A stretch of 64,000 nucleotides of DNA from Burkholderiales bacterium (GTDB lineage Bacteria; Pseudomonadota; Gammaproteobacteria; Burkholderiales; Burkholderiaceae_C): NCBI GenBank assembly GCA_046342195.1, contig JBKDQE010000020.1, forward strand, positions 18,671-82,670. The letters are read 5' to 3'. The translations under genes were made by a program, and so were the position numbers. The notes below the pieces were generated by a model. That model saw nothing but the letters and a program-made list of their open reading frames with translations. It was not told the origin of the DNA and searched no databases. This document shows, one piece after another, positions 39,561 through 52,449 of the stretch. Numbering within the stretch: position 1 is the first letter of the stretch; each line of letters begins with the position of its first letter.

Positions 39561-41039
39561 TTAGCGTGGCAGTTCGCTGCTCCCCATGAGAAACTCATCA
39601 ATGGCCTGTGCCGCCTGGCGACCTTCACGAATTGCCCACACCACCAAAGACTGCCCTCGGCGCATATCCCCCGCAGCAAAGACCTTGCCTATATTGGTGC
39701 GGTAACTGGCCTGTCCGTCGGGGGTGGCACGCGCATTGCCGCGGCTGTCTTGATGAACCTGAAAGGCCCCCAGTACGCTGGCCACGGGGCTGACAAAACC
39801 CATGGCCAAAAGCACCAGGTCGGCAGGGAGTACCTGCTCAGAGCCTGGCAGCTCGGTGAACTGCCCCCCTTGCCACTGCAATCGAACCGTCTTTAAGCCC
39901 TTGACCCGGTTTTTGTCCTGACCCTCGCCAGGCAAAAATTCTTTGGTGGCTATGGCAAATTCTCGTTGGCAGCCTTCTTCGTGGCTGGAGCTGGTGCGCA
40001 GCTTGATCGGCCAGCAGGGCCAAACCAAAGGCTTGTTTTCGTGCTCTGGGGGCATGGGCATGAGCTCAAGCTGTGTCACGCTCAGGGCCCCATGTCGGTT
40101 ACTGGTACCAACACAATCGCTGCCGGTGTCTCCGCCACCAATCACCACCACATGTTGGCCATCAGCCCGAATTTGGGCTTTCAAGGTGTCGCCGGCATTG
40201 ACTTTGTTTTGCTGGGGCAAAAATTCCATCGCAAAATGAATGCCTTCCAGGTTTCGCCCAGGCACAGGAAGATCGCGCGACTGCTCGGCTCCTCCAGCGA
40301 GAAGCACCGCATCAAAATGTGCCAGAATTTCTGCTGCACTGACCTGCCCTTGCGACCAGTTGGTCACTTTGCTGTCAGAGGGAAAGTCACCAACCAAAAC
40401 ACTGGTTCGAAATTCAACCCCTTCAGCGGCCAATTGCTGCTGACGCCGTTCAATCAAGGCTTTTTCAAGTTTGAAGTCAGGGATGCCGTAGCGAAGCAGC
40501 CCCCCGATGCGGTCATTTTTTTCAAAAACCGTGACCGCATGACCCGCTCGTGCCAACTGTTGGGCCGCCGCCAGACCGGCCGGCCCAGAGCCGACGATGG
40601 CCACCTGGTGACCCGTTTTTTGGGCCGCGGGCTGAGGCAAGACCCACCCCTCAGACCAGGCTCGATCCATGATGGCGCGCTCAATGCTTTTGATACCCAC
40701 CGGCTGGTTGTTGACATTCAGGGTACAGGCGGCCTCACAAGGAGCCGGGCAGACCCGGCCGGTGAACTCAGGGAAATTGTTGGTCGAATGAAGCACATCA
40801 AGGGCGTTGCGCCAGTCACCTCGGTAAATCAAATCATTGAAGTCAGGAATAACATTATTCACGGGGCAGCCATTGCTGCAAAAGGGAATGCCGCAGTCCA
40901 TACACCGGGCCCCCTGCTTCTGAGCTTGATCGGCCTTCAAGCTGATCACAAATTGATGGTGATTTTTCAACCTCTCGGAAACAGGGGTGTAGGCCTCTTC
41001 GATGCGATCAAATTCCATGAAACCAGTGACTTTTCCCAT
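39561..41039 (-). CDS. gltD: glutamate synthase small subunit
   Basis: Fe-S Cys clusters ([18 protein letters not shown]) and the FAD/NAD motif [14 protein letters not shown]. Downstream of gltB. Confidence 0.95.
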   Translation of the reverse strand: MGKVTGFMEFDRIEEAYTPVSERLKNHHQFVISLKADQAQKQGARCMDCGIPFCSNGCPVNNVIPDFNDLIYRGDWRNALDVLHSTNNFPEFTGRVCPAPCEAACTLNVNNQPVGIKSIERAIMDRAWSEGWVLPQPAAQKTGHQVAIVGSGPAGLAAAQQLARAGHAVTVFEKNDRIGGLLRYGIPDFKLEKALIERRQQQLAAEGVEFRTSVLVGDFPSDSKVTNWSQGQVSAAEILAHFDAVLLAGGAEQSRDLPVPGRNLEGIHFAMEFLPQQNKVNAGDTLKAQIRADGQHVVVIGGGDTGSDCVGTSNRHGALSVTQLELMPMPPEHENKPLVWPCWPIKLRTSSSHEEGCQREFAIATKEFLPGEGQDKNRVKGLKTVRLQWQGGQFTELPGSEQVLPADLVLLAMGFVSPVASVLGAFQVHQDSRGNARATPDGQASYRTNIGKVFAAGDMRRGQSLVVWAIREGRQAAQAIDEFLMGSSELPR

Positions 41040-41090
41040 GTGTGGCTTTCAACGTTGAAATGTTTCCGTCTGAATGGATGAAGAAACTCA

Positions 41091-44000
41091 CTACCGACAA
41101 TCGGCTCTGGCTCCCAAAGCCCCTGAGCGCTTCCCTCCCTGGCTTTGCAAAGAATCGGCCTTGGCTTTGTGGGGGGTGTCTACAGTTTGTTGAACGGTCT
41201 GAATTTCACGCAAGGCGCGGCGGTAGTCATTCGGGAAGACTTTGATAAATTGAGCGCGGGAATCTGCCCAGTGATCAAGGATATCTCTGGCTTTGAGGCT
41301 GCCGGTCCAGCGATGATGGTTTTGAATCAATTGCCGCAGCAGGGCTTCGTCGGTTTGGCCCAAGTGCCACGCCGTTTGCAGATCTTCAGCTTCTTGCTGG
41401 TGACTGGGCAAAACCCGCTCCAAGCTGACCATCTGCGTGTTGCAACGCTGCGCAAAGCAGCCATCTTCATCCAACACATAGGCCACCCCGCCACTCATGC
41501 CCGCAGCGAAGTTACGCCCTGTGAGGCCAAGGACAACCACCGTTCCACCCGTCATGTATTCACAGCCGTGGTCTCCGGTGCCCTCAACCACGGCTGTAGC
41601 CCCAGACAGCCTGACAGCGAAGCGCTCTCCGGCCACACCACGGAAAAAGGCTTCTCCCTGGGTGGCGCCATAAAGAACGGTATTGCCCACGATGATGTTG
41701 CGGCTCGAATCTCCACGAAAATCAAGGCTGGGCCGAATGACAATACGACCGCCAGACAAGCCTTTGCCAGTGTAATCATTGGCTTCACCAATCAAATCAA
41801 TGGTGATACCTTGGGCCAGAAAAGCACCAAAACTCTGCCCACCTGTGCCCTCCATCTGGATATAAATGCTCTGATCCGGCAGGCCCTCCGGGTGGCGACG
41901 GATCAACTCACCTGACAGCATGGCACCGACGGAGCGGTTGACATTGCCGACCGACTGAATGAATTGAACCGAATCGCTTCGCTCAAGGGCGGGCAGGCTT
42001 TTTTCGATGAGCTTGAGATCAAGTGCGGCATTCAAGCCGTGGTCTTGAGTTTCTTGGTGACGCCGAGGCACCTCGGGAGGGGCCATGGGGGCCCAAAAAA
42101 TACGGCTGAAATCGAGGCCTTGGGCCTTCCAGTGGGCCAGCCCTTGGCGGGTATCGAGAAGGTCTACCCGGCCCACCAAGTCTTCAAAGCGGTCAATTCC
42201 CAACTGTGCCATGATCTGACGCGCTTCTTCGGCTACAAAAAAGAAATAATTGACCACATGCTCTGGCTTGCCTTGAAATTGGGCGCGCAAGACGGGATCT
42301 TGTGTAGCAACCCCGACGGGGCAAGTATTCAGGTGGCACTTGCGCATCATGATGCACCCCTCAACCACCAACGGCGCAGTGGCAAACCCGAATTCATCCG
42401 CGCCGAGCAGTGCAGCGATCACCACATCGCGCCCGGTTTTCATCTGCCCGTCAGCCTGAACGCGAATGCGCCCACGCAGCCGGTTCAGTACCAAGGTCTG
42501 CTGGGTCTCGGCCAGGCCCAGCTCCCAGGGAGTGCCCGCATGTTTGATAGAAGTCCAGGGGGAGGCCCCGGTGCCGCCATCGTGGCCTGCAACCACGACA
42601 TGATCGGCTTTGGCTTTGGCGACTCCGGCCGCCACGGTGCCGACCCCCACTTCGCTGACCAGCTTGATACTGATGCTGGCACGCGGATTGACATTTTTCA
42701 GGTCATGAATGAGCTGGGCCAAGTCTTCAATGGAATAAATGTCGTGGTGAGGCGGCGGTGAAATGAGGCCCACTCCGGGCACGGAGTAACGCAGGAAGCC
42801 AATGTAGTCACTGACTTTGCCGCCAGGAAGTTGCCCCCCCTCTCCGGGCTTGGCCCCTTGAGCCATTTTGATTTGAATTTGATCTGCGCTGACCAAGTAT
42901 TCGGTGGTGACCCCAAAACGGCCAGAAGCGACCTGTTTGATTTTGCTGCGTAAAGAGTCACCCTCTTGCAAAACGAGGTCGGAGGCCATGATTTTGGCGC
43001 CGATGATGTCGCTGACACGGGTGCCTGAGGTGATGGGGATGCCTTTGAGCTCTTGCCGATAGCGTGCAGGATCTTCACCGCCCTCACCTGTATTGCTCTT
43101 GCCCCCGATACGGTTCATGGCGACAGCCAAAGTGGTATGGGCTTCGGTTGAAATCGAGCCCAAGGACATGGCCCCGGTGGCAAAGCGTTTGACAATTTCA
43201 GAGGCTGGCTCCACCTGATCCAGCGGAATGGCCTTGGCCGGATCAAATTTGAATTCAAACAACCCACGCAGGGTCATGTGGCGCCTGGATTGGTCATTGA
43301 TGAGTTGCGCGTACTCTTTATAAGTTTCGAATTGCCTGGACCGGGTACTGTGCTGCAACTTGGCAATGGCATCCGGAGACCACAGATGAGATTCGCCTCG
43401 AACACGCCAAGCGTATTCTCCGCCCGCATCGAGCATATTGGCCAGAATCGGGGCATTGCCGAAGGCCTCACGGTGCATGCGAATGGCCTCCTGCGCCAGC
43501 CCGAAAACATCCATTCCCTCGACTTGGCTGGCCGTTCCGCGAAAGTATTTTTCGACCAATGCTTTTTGCAGCCCAATGATTTCAAAGAGCTGCGAGCCGC
43601 AATAAGACATATAGGTTGACACGCCCATTTTGGACATGATTTTTGACAGGCCCTTGCCAATCGCTTTGATGTAATTGGCAATGGCTTTTTGAGGGCCCAA
43701 AGCCCGCATGGGTTCATCGACAGGGCTGCTGGAAAAACACCCTTGCTGCAAAGTTTCCAAGGCCAGGTAAGGATGCACGGCTTCGGCCCCATAGCCTGCC
43801 AACGTGGCAAAATGATGGACCTCCCGGGCCGACCCGGTTTCCACCACCAGCCCCGCCGTGGTTCGCAAGCCTTCCCGCACCAAGTGTTGATGAATGGCCG
43901 ACAAAGCCAGTAGCGCCGGAATAGCCACCGCCTCTCGCCCCATCCGCCGGTCGGTGATCACAATGATGTTGTGCCCGCCACGAAGGGCATCGACACACTC

Positions 44001-45914
44001 AGCACACAAGGAAGCCAACTTGGCCTCAACACCTTCGTGGCCCCAGTCGAGGGGGTAGGTGATGTCAAGCTCATAAACCCTGAATTTGCCCGAGGTGTAG
44101 GCAGCAATGCCGCGCAGACGGGCCATGTCATCGAAATCAAGGATGGGCTGCTGCACTTCCAGACGAATCGGCGGGTTGACCGCATGAATATCAAGCAGGT
44201 TGGGCTTGGGCCCAATGAAAGACACCAAAGACATCACGATGTTTTCGCGAATGGGGTCGATCGGTGGGTTGGTGACCTGGGCAAACAATTGCTTAAAGTA
44301 ATGGTAGAGCAGCTTGTTTTTGTCAGACAACACCGCCAAGGGCGAATCATTGCCCATTGAGCCCATGGCCTCTTCGCCTGTCAGCGCCATGGAAGACAGC
44401 AAGAGCTTGAGATCTTCTTGGGTGTAAGCAAAAGCCTGCTGCCGGTCAAGCAGGCTTTCAGTGAAAGGCAACACACCACTCGAATCAGGAGGCTGCGGAA
44501 CATGATCCAATTTAACCCGAACACTTTCGATCCATTGGCGATAGGGCTGCGCCGAAGCCACCTGACGCTTTAATTCTTCGTCTTCGATGATGCGGCCTTG
44601 TTCCAAGTCAATCAGGAACATCTTTCCAGGTTGCAAGCGCCATTTTTTCAAAATACGATGCTCAGGAATCGGCAAGACACCGGCCTCAGAGGCCAAAACC
44701 ACCAAATCATCGTCTGTCACAATAAAACGGGCCGGACGCAAGCCATTGCGGTCGAGGGTGGCGCCGATCTGCCGGCCATCGGTAAACACCATGGCCGCCG
44801 GGCCGTCCCAAGGCTCCATCATGGCCGCGTGGTATTCATAGAACGCTCGGCGTCGTTCGTCCATGGCAGTGTGTTGCTCCCAGGCCTCGGGAATCATCAT
44901 CATGGCGGCATGCGCCAGCGAGTAGCCGCTCATGGTCAGCAACTCCAGCGCGTTATCGAACGTGGCGGTGTCGCTTTGACCTTCAAAGGTAATCGGGTAA
45001 AGCTTGGGCAAGTCATCACCCAACACCGGAGACTTCATCACCCCTTCACGGGCACGCATCCAGTTAAAATTGCCCTTGACGGTATTGATTTCGCCATTGT
45101 GCGCCACCATCCGATAGGGGTGGGCCAAAGGCCACTCCGGGAAGGTGTTGGTGGAAAATCGTTGATGCACCAAAGCCAGCGCCGACACCACTCGGGGGTT
45201 GGTCAGATCTTGGTAATAAATGCCGACCTGATCGGCCAGCAACAAGCCTTTGTAAATCACGGTGCGACAGCTCATGCTGGGCACGTAATACTCGCGGCTG
45301 TGAGTCAGCTTCAAAGCCTGTATCGCACTGGACGCTGTTTTACGAATCACATACAGCTTGCGCTCCAAGGCATCAGGGACAATCACATCAGGGCCGCGGC
45401 CAATGAAAATTTGTCGAATGACAGGCTCTTTCTGGCGCACGGCTGGAGACATCGGCATCTGCCGATCCACCGGCACATCACGCCAGCCCAGAAGAACCTG
45501 CCCCTGAGCCTTGATGGCGCGCTCAAGCTCTTGTTCACAGGCCAGCCTTGAGGCATGCTCTTTGGGTAAAAAAATCATCCCTACACCATACTCACCAGGT
45601 GAAGGCAATTGAACCCCTAAAACAGCCATTTCTGCACGATAAAACTCATGCGGAATCTGAATCAAAATACCTGCCCCATCCCCCATGAGCCTGTCGGCCC
45701 CCACCGCGCCGCGATGGTTCAGGTTTTCAAGAATTTGCAGCCCTTGGGCCACAATGGAGTGAGATCTCACCCCTTTAATATGCGCCACGAAACCCACGCC
45801 GCAGGCGTCGTGCTCTTGGGCCGGGAGGTACAAGCCGCGCTCTGACGCAAGCTTGATGTCAGCCGGGCTGGCCCCCCCCTGCTGATGAAACTCTGTGGAT
45901 ATCAATCGGCTCAT
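41091..45914 (-). CDS. gltB: glutamate synthase large subunit
   Basis: Ntn amidotransferase start ...HDACGVGFV, then FMN and GXGXG domains. ~1600 aa. Start set at the ATG 45914 (MSRLIS...). Confidence 0.95.
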   Translation of the reverse strand: MSRLISTEFHQQGGASPADIKLASERGLYLPAQEHDACGVGFVAHIKGVRSHSIVAQGLQILENLNHRGAVGADRLMGDGAGILIQIPHEFYRAEMAVLGVQLPSPGEYGVGMIFLPKEHASRLACEQELERAIKAQGQVLLGWRDVPVDRQMPMSPAVRQKEPVIRQIFIGRGPDVIVPDALERKLYVIRKTASSAIQALKLTHSREYYVPSMSCRTVIYKGLLLADQVGIYYQDLTNPRVVSALALVHQRFSTNTFPEWPLAHPYRMVAHNGEINTVKGNFNWMRAREGVMKSPVLGDDLPKLYPITFEGQSDTATFDNALELLTMSGYSLAHAAMMMIPEAWEQHTAMDERRRAFYEYHAAMMEPWDGPAAMVFTDGRQIGATLDRNGLRPARFIVTDDDLVVLASEAGVLPIPEHRILKKWRLQPGKMFLIDLEQGRIIEDEELKRQVASAQPYRQWIESVRVKLDHVPQPPDSSGVLPFTESLLDRQQAFAYTQEDLKLLLSSMALTGEEAMGSMGNDSPLAVLSDKNKLLYHYFKQLFAQVTNPPIDPIRENIVMSLVSFIGPKPNLLDIHAVNPPIRLEVQQPILDFDDMARLRGIAAYTSGKFRVYELDITYPLDWGHEGVEAKLASLCAECVDALRGGHNIIVITDRRMGREAVAIPALLALSAIHQHLVREGLRTTAGLVVETGSAREVHHFATLAGYGAEAVHPYLALETLQQGCFSSSPVDEPMRALGPQKAIANYIKAIGKGLSKIMSKMGVSTYMSYCGSQLFEIIGLQKALVEKYFRGTASQVEGMDVFGLAQEAIRMHREAFGNAPILANMLDAGGEYAWRVRGESHLWSPDAIAKLQHSTRSRQFETYKEYAQLINDQSRRHMTLRGLFEFKFDPAKAIPLDQVEPASEIVKRFATGAMSLGSISTEAHTTLAVAMNRIGGKSNTGEGGEDPARYRQELKGIPITSGTRVSDIIGAKIMASDLVLQEGDSLRSKIKQVASGRFGVTTEYLVSADQIQIKMAQGAKPGEGGQLPGGKVSDYIGFLRYSVPGVGLISPPPHHDIYSIEDLAQLIHDLKNVNPRASISIKLVSEVGVGTVAAGVAKAKADHVVVAGHDGGTGASPWTSIKHAGTPWELGLAETQQTLVLNRLRGRIRVQADGQMKTGRDVVIAALLGADEFGFATAPLVVEGCIMMRKCHLNTCPVGVATQDPVLRAQFQGKPEHVVNYFFFVAEEARQIMAQLGIDRFEDLVGRVDLLDTRQGLAHWKAQGLDFSRIFWAPMAPPEVPRRHQETQDHGLNAALDLKLIEKSLPALERSDSVQFIQSVGNVNRSVGAMLSGELIRRHPEGLPDQSIYIQMEGTGGQSFGAFLAQGITIDLIGEANDYTGKGLSGGRIVIRPSLDFRGDSSRNIIVGNTVLYGATQGEAFFRGVAGERFAVRLSGATAVVEGTGDHGCEYMTGGTVVVLGLTGRNFAAGMSGGVAYVLDEDGCFAQRCNTQMVSLERVLPSHQQEAEDLQTAWHLGQTDEALLRQLIQNHHRWTGSLKARDILDHWADSRAQFIKVFPNDYRRALREIQTVQQTVDTPHKAKADSLQSQGGKRSGALGARADCR

Positions 45915-46122
45915 GGGCAAGCTGCTATCAAGGTGGTGCACCCAATTGCGCACGGTTCTTTTCCTGCCCCGAACCGTCTTGCAGACCGAATTCGTCACGG
46001 ACAGGCATGACTTTCCCGACGGCCTCTGGAACCATTCCAGGGGCAGTGCGGCCGTTACCGGCCAGACTCGCCACGGGTAGGGCAGTTGCGGTTGCCAGCC
46101 GTTTCAGCCAAAGTCAAGCTCA

Positions 46123-46141
46123 GGGCCTGTTAACACTAAAG
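46123..46141 (+). repeat. solo MITE end overlapping the aceA stop codon
   Basis: GGGCCTGTTAACACTAAAG, identical to 23060-23078. The aceA TAG is the reverse complement of 46136-46138, inside this 19-mer. Confidence 0.7.
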
Positions 46142-47431
46142 GTGTTTTTCGAAAAACTGCTCATTTTCGGTGGACCCCTTCAAGGCAGCGGTGGAAGCGT
46201 CGCGCTCGATGATGGTGGTCACAGCGTCAAAATAACCGGTGCCCACTTCACGTTGGTGCTTCACGGCCGTGAAGCCGCGTTCTGCTGCGGCGAACTCACG
46301 CTCTTGCAATTCCACAAAGGCTGACATATTTCGGCGTGCATAACCATGGGCCAAGTCAAACATGCTGTAGTTCAAGCTGTGAAACCCGGCCAAGGTAATG
46401 AACTGAAACTTGTAACCCATTTTGCCCAGATCGGCTTGAAAGCTGGCAATGGTGGCGTCGTCCAGGTTTTTTTTCCAGTTGAAGCTTGGTGAGCAGTTGT
46501 AAGCCAGCATTTTGCCCGGAAATTGGCGATGGATAGCATCGGCAAAGGCCTTGGCAAAGGCCAAATCAGGCTTGCCTGTTTCACACCAGACCAAATCAGC
46601 ATAAGGGGCGTAAGCCAAGCCGCGGCTGATCGCCTGTTCAAGCCCGTTGCGGGTGCGATAAAAGCCTTCAACCGTGCGCTCGCCCGTGGTGAAGCTTTGG
46701 TCATTGTCATCAATATCGCTGGTGATCAAGTCAGCGGCTTCTGCATCAGTGCGGGCCACCAGCAGCGTAGGCACACCCATGACATCGGCGGCCAGGCGCG
46801 CCGCGACCAGTTTGGAAACGGCCTCACGGGTCGGCACCAACACTTTGCCACCCATGTGACCGCACTTTTTCACAGAAGCCAATTGGTCTTCAAAGTGGAC
46901 TCCGGCAGCGCCGGCGTCAATCATGGCTTTCATCAGCTCGAAAGCATTCAAAACCCCGCCAAACCCGGCCTCGGCGTCTGCCACAATGGGCGCGAAATAA
47001 TCAATGCCTGCACTGCCTTCTGACCATTGAATCTGGTCTGCACGCTGGAAGGTGTTATTGATGCGGCGAACCACTGCGGGCACCGAGTTGGCCGGGTAAA
47101 GTGATTGATCAGGGTACATTTCACCCGCCACATTGGCATCACCGGCCACTTGCCATCCACTGAGGTAAATGGCTTTCAGCCCGGCCTTGACTTGCTGCAT
47201 GGCCTGGTTGCCGGTCAGGGCCCCGAGCGCATTCACAAAGGGCTCTTCGTGCAACAACTTCCAGAGCTTTTCAGCCCCTTTCTTGGCCAAAGTGTGCTCA
47301 ATTTGAACCGAACCCCGCAAGCGCACCACGTCCGCCGCGCTGTAGGTTCGCTGAATTCCCTTCCAGCGGAGGTTTTCATTCCAGTCTTTTTGCAAGGCAG
47401 CGGCTTGTTGCTCACGGGTCACGGTGTTCAT
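46136..47431 (-). CDS. aceA: isocitrate lyase
   Basis: ICL signature KKCGHMGGK and overall blocks. 431 aa. Confidence 0.95.
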   Translation of the reverse strand: MNTVTREQQAAALQKDWNENLRWKGIQRTYSAADVVRLRGSVQIEHTLAKKGAEKLWKLLHEEPFVNALGALTGNQAMQQVKAGLKAIYLSGWQVAGDANVAGEMYPDQSLYPANSVPAVVRRINNTFQRADQIQWSEGSAGIDYFAPIVADAEAGFGGVLNAFELMKAMIDAGAAGVHFEDQLASVKKCGHMGGKVLVPTREAVSKLVAARLAADVMGVPTLLVARTDAEAADLITSDIDDNDQSFTTGERTVEGFYRTRNGLEQAISRGLAYAPYADLVWCETGKPDLAFAKAFADAIHRQFPGKMLAYNCSPSFNWKKNLDDATIASFQADLGKMGYKFQFITLAGFHSLNYSMFDLAHGYARRNMSAFVELQEREFAAAERGFTAVKHQREVGTGYFDAVTTIIERDASTAALKGSTENEQFFEKHL

Positions 47432-47671
47432 GCGGGCTCCAGAAAAAAATGAGGGGCATTGAGGACAGCATTACAAACAATCACTCGACCAAGAAGGCTT
47501 GCATCTTGTACAAGGCCAACTTTTAATCCACTTAAATCAATGACTTAATCACATTTTACCACAATGTAAAATGAGGTGATCGTATGGAAAAAATTTTGCG
47601 CAGTGCAACATGATCGAGTATCACCCTGCCAAGGTCAATCGTCAATGATGAACTGATGCGACACATCGGCC

Positions 47672-47983
47672 TTGATTCATTTCATGACACAAGTCTTCGC
47701 CATCTATGCACATGTCAAACCACTGGACAGCTTGAAGGTATCCCAAGTGGTCAAGCCTGGTGACCCCATTGGCAAAGTGATTCCGATACTCGGTACACCT
47801 TGCTATAACTCAAAAGAACACGTTTACTACGAGCTGCGCATCAACAATATTCGCGGGCTGCACATCAACCCACATCAGTATTGGGTCGATGACCCGAACA
47901 GGCCGACCTGTTTCAAAGCCCGGGCAGCCGTTCCCGCTGGAAAGGCCGTTGCTCGTTTGAAATGTCAAGCTTCTGAATCCTGA
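47672..47983 (+). pseudogene. possible M23 peptidase C-terminal fragment
   Basis: IYAHVKPLDSLKVSQVVKPGDPIGKV...HVYYELR resembles the YxHL...V..G..V..G..IG...HLHFE end of M23 peptidases. The N-terminal catalytic half is absent. Lower-G+C patch. Confidence 0.3.
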
Positions 47984-48062
47984 TCTGGGGTATTGGCATG
48001 CGGCTGCATCGGAGCCAACCGCAGCAAAAAATCCCACTCACAACCCCCAAGGTACCGAGTTT

Positions 48063-49292
48063 TCAACTCCGGTAATCAGCATTGATTTTCACATAATCTT
48101 CGCTGAGGTCGCAAGTCCAGAGGGTGGTTTGCTCAGGGCCTCGGCCCAGATCCACACGGATGGTGATCTCGGATTGCTTCATCACCCGAGCACCGTCTTC
48201 CTCGCGGTAAGAAGGGTTGCGCCCCCCTTTTTTGACCACATGCACATCGTCCAGATAGAGCTCAATACGCGAAGCGTCAAGGTCTTCGATACCCGCATAG
48301 CCTACTGCGGCCAGAATTCGACCCAAGTTGGGGTCACTGGCAAAAAAAGCCGTTTTGACCAAGGGCGAATGCGCAATTGCATAGCCGACTTGGCGACATT
48401 CATGCACTGATCGTCCGCCAGAAATATTCACAGTAATGAATTTGGTGGCACCCTCACCATCTCGCACAATCGCCTGTGCCAGAGTTTGAGACACTTGCAA
48501 AACAGCCAACCTCAAGGCTTTTCCATCGGGAGAATCCAGGCTTTTGATGGTACTGTTGCCGGCTTTGTGGGTGGCAATCAAGGTGAAAGCGTCATTGGTT
48601 GAAGTGTCTCCGTCGATTGTGATGCAATTAAATGACTCGTCAGCCACTTCACGCACCAGTCGCTGAAGCTGAGTCAGGTCAATTGCGGCATCGGTGGCCA
48701 CAAAGCCCAGCATGGTCGCCATATTCGGGCGAATCATGCCAGCCCCCTTCGAAATACCGGTCACGGTCACGGGCTTGCCACCCAAGGAAATTTGGCACGA
48801 AGCAGCCTTGGGCAGGGTGTCGGTGGTCATGATGGCCTGGGCAGCCTCGGCCCAGTGCGATTCATCCAGTGCTGCCAAGGCTGCCGGCAAAGCCGCCTCG
48901 ATACGATCACTGGGAAGCTGCTCCATGATGACCCCCGTCGAAAATGGCAACACCTGCCGGGGGTCAATCTCAAGAAGGCGGCCCAGCGTTACGCAGGTTT
49001 CCCAGGCGCGCTGCAAACCCTCTGTGCCTGTGCCGGCGTTGGCGTTGCCGGTGTTGATCAGCAAGGCTCGAATATCCCTGCGGGCCGCAAGATGGTCTCG
49101 ACAGAGCTGAACGGGAGCGGCGCAAAAACGGTTTTGAGTGAACACGGCGGCCACACTGCTGCCTTCAGCCAGGGTGATCACGGTCAGGTCACGCCGGTGC
49201 GCTTTGCGCACACCCGCCATGGTGATTCCGAGCCGCAACCCGGCAACAGGATACAGGGCGTTGGCTTGAGGGGCTTGAAGATTGACGGGCAT
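48063..49292 (-). CDS. argJ: bifunctional glutamate N-acetyltransferase/amino-acid acetyltransferase
   Basis: ArgJ blocks [13 protein letters not shown] (autoprocessing TML site) and the C-terminal INADYRS. Start at ATG 49292. Confidence 0.95.
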   Translation of the reverse strand: MPVNLQAPQANALYPVAGLRLGITMAGVRKAHRRDLTVITLAEGSSVAAVFTQNRFCAAPVQLCRDHLAARRDIRALLINTGNANAGTGTEGLQRAWETCVTLGRLLEIDPRQVLPFSTGVIMEQLPSDRIEAALPAALAALDESHWAEAAQAIMTTDTLPKAASCQISLGGKPVTVTGISKGAGMIRPNMATMLGFVATDAAIDLTQLQRLVREVADESFNCITIDGDTSTNDAFTLIATHKAGNSTIKSLDSPDGKALRLAVLQVSQTLAQAIVRDGEGATKFITVNISGGRSVHECRQVGYAIAHSPLVKTAFFASDPNLGRILAAVGYAGIEDLDASRIELYLDDVHVVKKGGRNPSYREEDGARVMKQSEITIRVDLGRGPEQTTLWTCDLSEDYVKINADYRS

Positions 49293-49404
49293 GGGGGGGG
49301 TCTCCTGCTGAAATGCCAACCGGCCCACAAACCATGCTGGCGTCACGGCAGCCAAGCCGCCGCAAAAGGGTCAAAACGAAGCGATGAGTCAATCCATCAC
49401 CAGG

Positions 49405-52140
49405 CTATTTGAGGGCACCATGGCAGTGCTTGTATTTTTTTCCACTGCCACAAGGGCAAGGGTCATTGCGGCCCACTTTGGGCACCTCAGGCAAGACAGG
49501 GGCCGGCTCAGTTTCTTGCTCAACACCCCCATCTTCAGTGGGGTGGGTATAAGTCACATTGGAAAAATGTTCCTGTAGCCCCAACGCAGCCTGCTCAGCT
49601 TCCTCACGAGTTTGAATGACCACATTGAGCAAGGTTCGGGTAACATCCATCTTGATGGTGTCAAGCAATTGACTGAAAAGTTGGAACGACTCGGCCTTGT
49701 ATTCCTGCTTGGGGTTCTTTTGTGCATAGCCACGCAAATGAATGCCTTGACGAAGGTAGTCCAAGGCGGCCAGATGATCACGCCAGTGGCTGTCAAGAGA
49801 ATGAAGCAAAATCATGCGCATGAATGGGCCGAATTGCTCATTCCCCACGCGCTCGAGCTTTTCATGAAAGACGGCATCTGCCGCCTTGATCACTTCCTCG
49901 AGAAGATCTTCATCGGTCAGCGAGTCACTCTTTTCAAGCCGGCTTCGCAGGTCAACTGGCACTTGCCACTCTTCTTTGAGAACACGCTCCAGGCCGGGCA
50001 AATCCCATTGCTCTTCCAAACTTTGCGCCGGAACAAAGGAGCGCACCACGCTCTCCATGACACCAGCCCTCAGATTGTTGATGATGTCAGCACAAGAAGG
50101 GTTTTCCAGGATGTCATTGCGCTGACGGTAGATAATTTTGCGCTGCTCATTGGCCACGTCATCATACTCAAGCAGCTGCTTGCGAATGTCAAAATTACGG
50201 GCCTCGACCTTTCTCTGCGCACTGGCAATACTGCGCGTTACCATACCGGCTTCAATTGCTTCACCGTCGGGCATCTTTAAGCGCTCCATGATGGAACGCA
50301 CCCGGTCACCTGCAAAAATACGCATGAGAGGGTCATCAAGCGACAGATAAAACCGTGAAGACCCCGGGTCTCCTTGGCGTCCTGAGCGGCCACGAAGCTG
50401 GTTATCGATTCGGCGCGATTCATGCCGCTCGGTAGCCACAATCCGAAGCCCTCCGAGGGCCTTGACCTTCTCGTGCAATTCCTGCCATTCATCACGCAGC
50501 CTTTGTGCGCGGAGTTGCTTTTCGTCTGCAGACAACTCAGGGTTGGCTTCAAGGGCCTGGATTTGCGCCTCCACATTGCCGCCCAAAACAATATCGGTGC
50601 CGCGGCCCGCCATATTGGTGGCAATGGTGACGACCCCGGGCCGCCCTGCCTGGGCAATAATTTCAGCTTCCTTGGCATGCTGCTTGGCATTGAGCACCTG
50701 ATGCGGAAGTTGGCTTTTTTCGAGCAGAGCCGACAAAACCTCCGAGTTTTCAATCGAGGTGGTCCCCACCAATACGGGCTGACCCCGCTCATGACAATCA
50801 CGAATATCCTGAACGACGGCCTCAAATTTTTCACGCGCTGACTTATAAACCAAGTCATTTTCATCGCGACGAACCGTCAGCTTGTTGGGCGGAATCACCA
50901 CGGTTTCGAGGGCATAAATTTCCTGAAACTCGTAGGCTTCGGTGTCGGCGGTACCGGTCATGCCTGACAGTTTCCCGTACATACGGAAATAATTCTGGAA
51001 GGTGATCGAGGCCAGAGTCTGGTTTTCGCTTTGAATAGATACCCCTTCTTTGGCTTCAACCGCCTGGTGCAATCCGTCAGACCAACGGCGCCCAGACATC
51101 AAGCGGCCTGTGAATTCATCAACAATGATGATCTCGCCGTCCTGAACAACATAATGTTGATCGCGGTGATACAGTTGGTGCGCCCTTAAAGCGGCATAAA
51201 CGTGGTGCACCAAAGTGATGTTGGAAGCATCGTAAAGGCTGGCTCCTTGAGCCAACAGGCCGGCCTGGGTCAGCAGCTCTTCGGCTTTCTCGTGGCCCAT
51301 GTCAGTGAGGTAAACCTGCCGGCCTTTTTCATCGACAGTAAAATCACCCGGCTCAATGACCCCCTCCCCCGTGCGGGGGTCAGCCTCACCAATTTGGCGC
51401 TTGAGAAAAGGCACGATCGTATTGATACGCACATACATCGCGGTGTGGTCTTCAGCCTGACCACTGATGATAAGCGGGGTACGGGCTTCGTCGATCAAAA
51501 TAGAATCAACTTCGTCAACGATGGCGTAATTCAGGGCCCTCTGAACGCGCTCAGAGGGGCTTTGTACCATGTTGTCGCGCAGGTAATCAAAACCATATTC
51601 GTTGTTGGTGCCGTAGGTGACGTCAGCTGCATAAGCAGCCTGCTTTTCGCTTTTTGGCACATGGGGCAAATTCACCCCCACACTCAGGCCGATGAATTGA
51701 TACAGGCGGCCCATCCACTCAGCATCACGACGCGCGAGGTAATCATTGACGGTCACGACATGCACGCCTTTGCCCGAAATGCTATTGAGGTAAACCGGCA
51801 AAGTGGCCATGAGGGTCTTGCCCTCGCCTGTGCGCATTTCAGCAATTTTGCCATAGTGCAAAGCCATTCCGCCCATGAGCTGCACATCAAAATGCCTCAT
51901 TTTCAGCACACGCTTGCTGCCCTCACGAATGGCCGCAAAAGCTTCCGGCAAAAGCGCATCGAGAGATTCACCCTTGGCGTGACGCTGTTTGAATTCTTCC
52001 GTTTTAGATCGAAGTTGATCATCGGACAGGGAAGTCAACCCAGGCTCAAGGGCGTTGATTTCTGCCACCACTTTGCGGTACTTTTTAAGAAGTCGCTCAT
52101 TGCGACTGCCGAAAATCTGGGTGAATATTTTTGGAAACAT
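49405..52140 (-). CDS. secA: preprotein translocase ATPase SecA
   Basis: [21 protein letters not shown] start, DEAD-like motor motifs and a C-terminal zinc site [14 protein letters not shown]. An alternative start is at 52152. Confidence 0.95.
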   Translation of the reverse strand: MFPKIFTQIFGSRNERLLKKYRKVVAEINALEPGLTSLSDDQLRSKTEEFKQRHAKGESLDALLPEAFAAIREGSKRVLKMRHFDVQLMGGMALHYGKIAEMRTGEGKTLMATLPVYLNSISGKGVHVVTVNDYLARRDAEWMGRLYQFIGLSVGVNLPHVPKSEKQAAYAADVTYGTNNEYGFDYLRDNMVQSPSERVQRALNYAIVDEVDSILIDEARTPLIISGQAEDHTAMYVRINTIVPFLKRQIGEADPRTGEGVIEPGDFTVDEKGRQVYLTDMGHEKAEELLTQAGLLAQGASLYDASNITLVHHVYAALRAHQLYHRDQHYVVQDGEIIIVDEFTGRLMSGRRWSDGLHQAVEAKEGVSIQSENQTLASITFQNYFRMYGKLSGMTGTADTEAYEFQEIYALETVVIPPNKLTVRRDENDLVYKSAREKFEAVVQDIRDCHERGQPVLVGTTSIENSEVLSALLEKSQLPHQVLNAKQHAKEAEIIAQAGRPGVVTIATNMAGRGTDIVLGGNVEAQIQALEANPELSADEKQLRAQRLRDEWQELHEKVKALGGLRIVATERHESRRIDNQLRGRSGRQGDPGSSRFYLSLDDPLMRIFAGDRVRSIMERLKMPDGEAIEAGMVTRSIASAQRKVEARNFDIRKQLLEYDDVANEQRKIIYRQRNDILENPSCADIINNLRAGVMESVVRSFVPAQSLEEQWDLPGLERVLKEEWQVPVDLRSRLEKSDSLTDEDLLEEVIKAADAVFHEKLERVGNEQFGPFMRMILLHSLDSHWRDHLAALDYLRQGIHLRGYAQKNPKQEYKAESFQLFSQLLDTIKMDVTRTLLNVVIQTREEAEQAALGLQEHFSNVTYTHPTEDGGVEQETEPAPVLPEVPKVGRNDPCPCGSGKKYKHCHGALK

Positions 52141-52449
52141 GCTGCGTGGCATTGAAATTGAAAAGTGAGCAAAAGCGATGCGTTCAAAGCATTCCGCCCA
52201 TGCCCCCCGAAAATGATTGCCGGGTTTGATGAACCCGATTTTCTCAAGTTTAACTCGCCGCCCCTTCGCACGCAGGGCATGAACAATGACGATGAATATG
52301 GCCTGATACCCGGTGAATATCAATCGACCCTTGCGCCTCGCGCCGCCCACCCTTGCTGAAAGGCCTGTGCATCAAGCCGCACTTGAGTTCGCGGGTGGTG
52401 GCAATGATGCAAGGAGATGGGGCTGAAAAGCCAGGGTAAAGAACAGACT

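Noticed and set aside
39966-41081. 371-aa plus-strand ORF
   Set aside because: It lies entirely antisense to gltD, which has unmistakable motifs. The translation is low-complexity and Arg/Gly/Ala-rich, typical of shadow ORFs in high-G+C DNA.
44598-45551. 317-aa plus-strand ORF, and similar ORFs at 41145-41915 and 41964-42761
   Set aside because: All are antisense to gltB, and their composition is typical of shadow frames.
51202-52155. 317-aa plus-strand ORF, and the 222-aa ORF at 49612-50280
   Set aside because: Antisense to secA, whose frame is certain.
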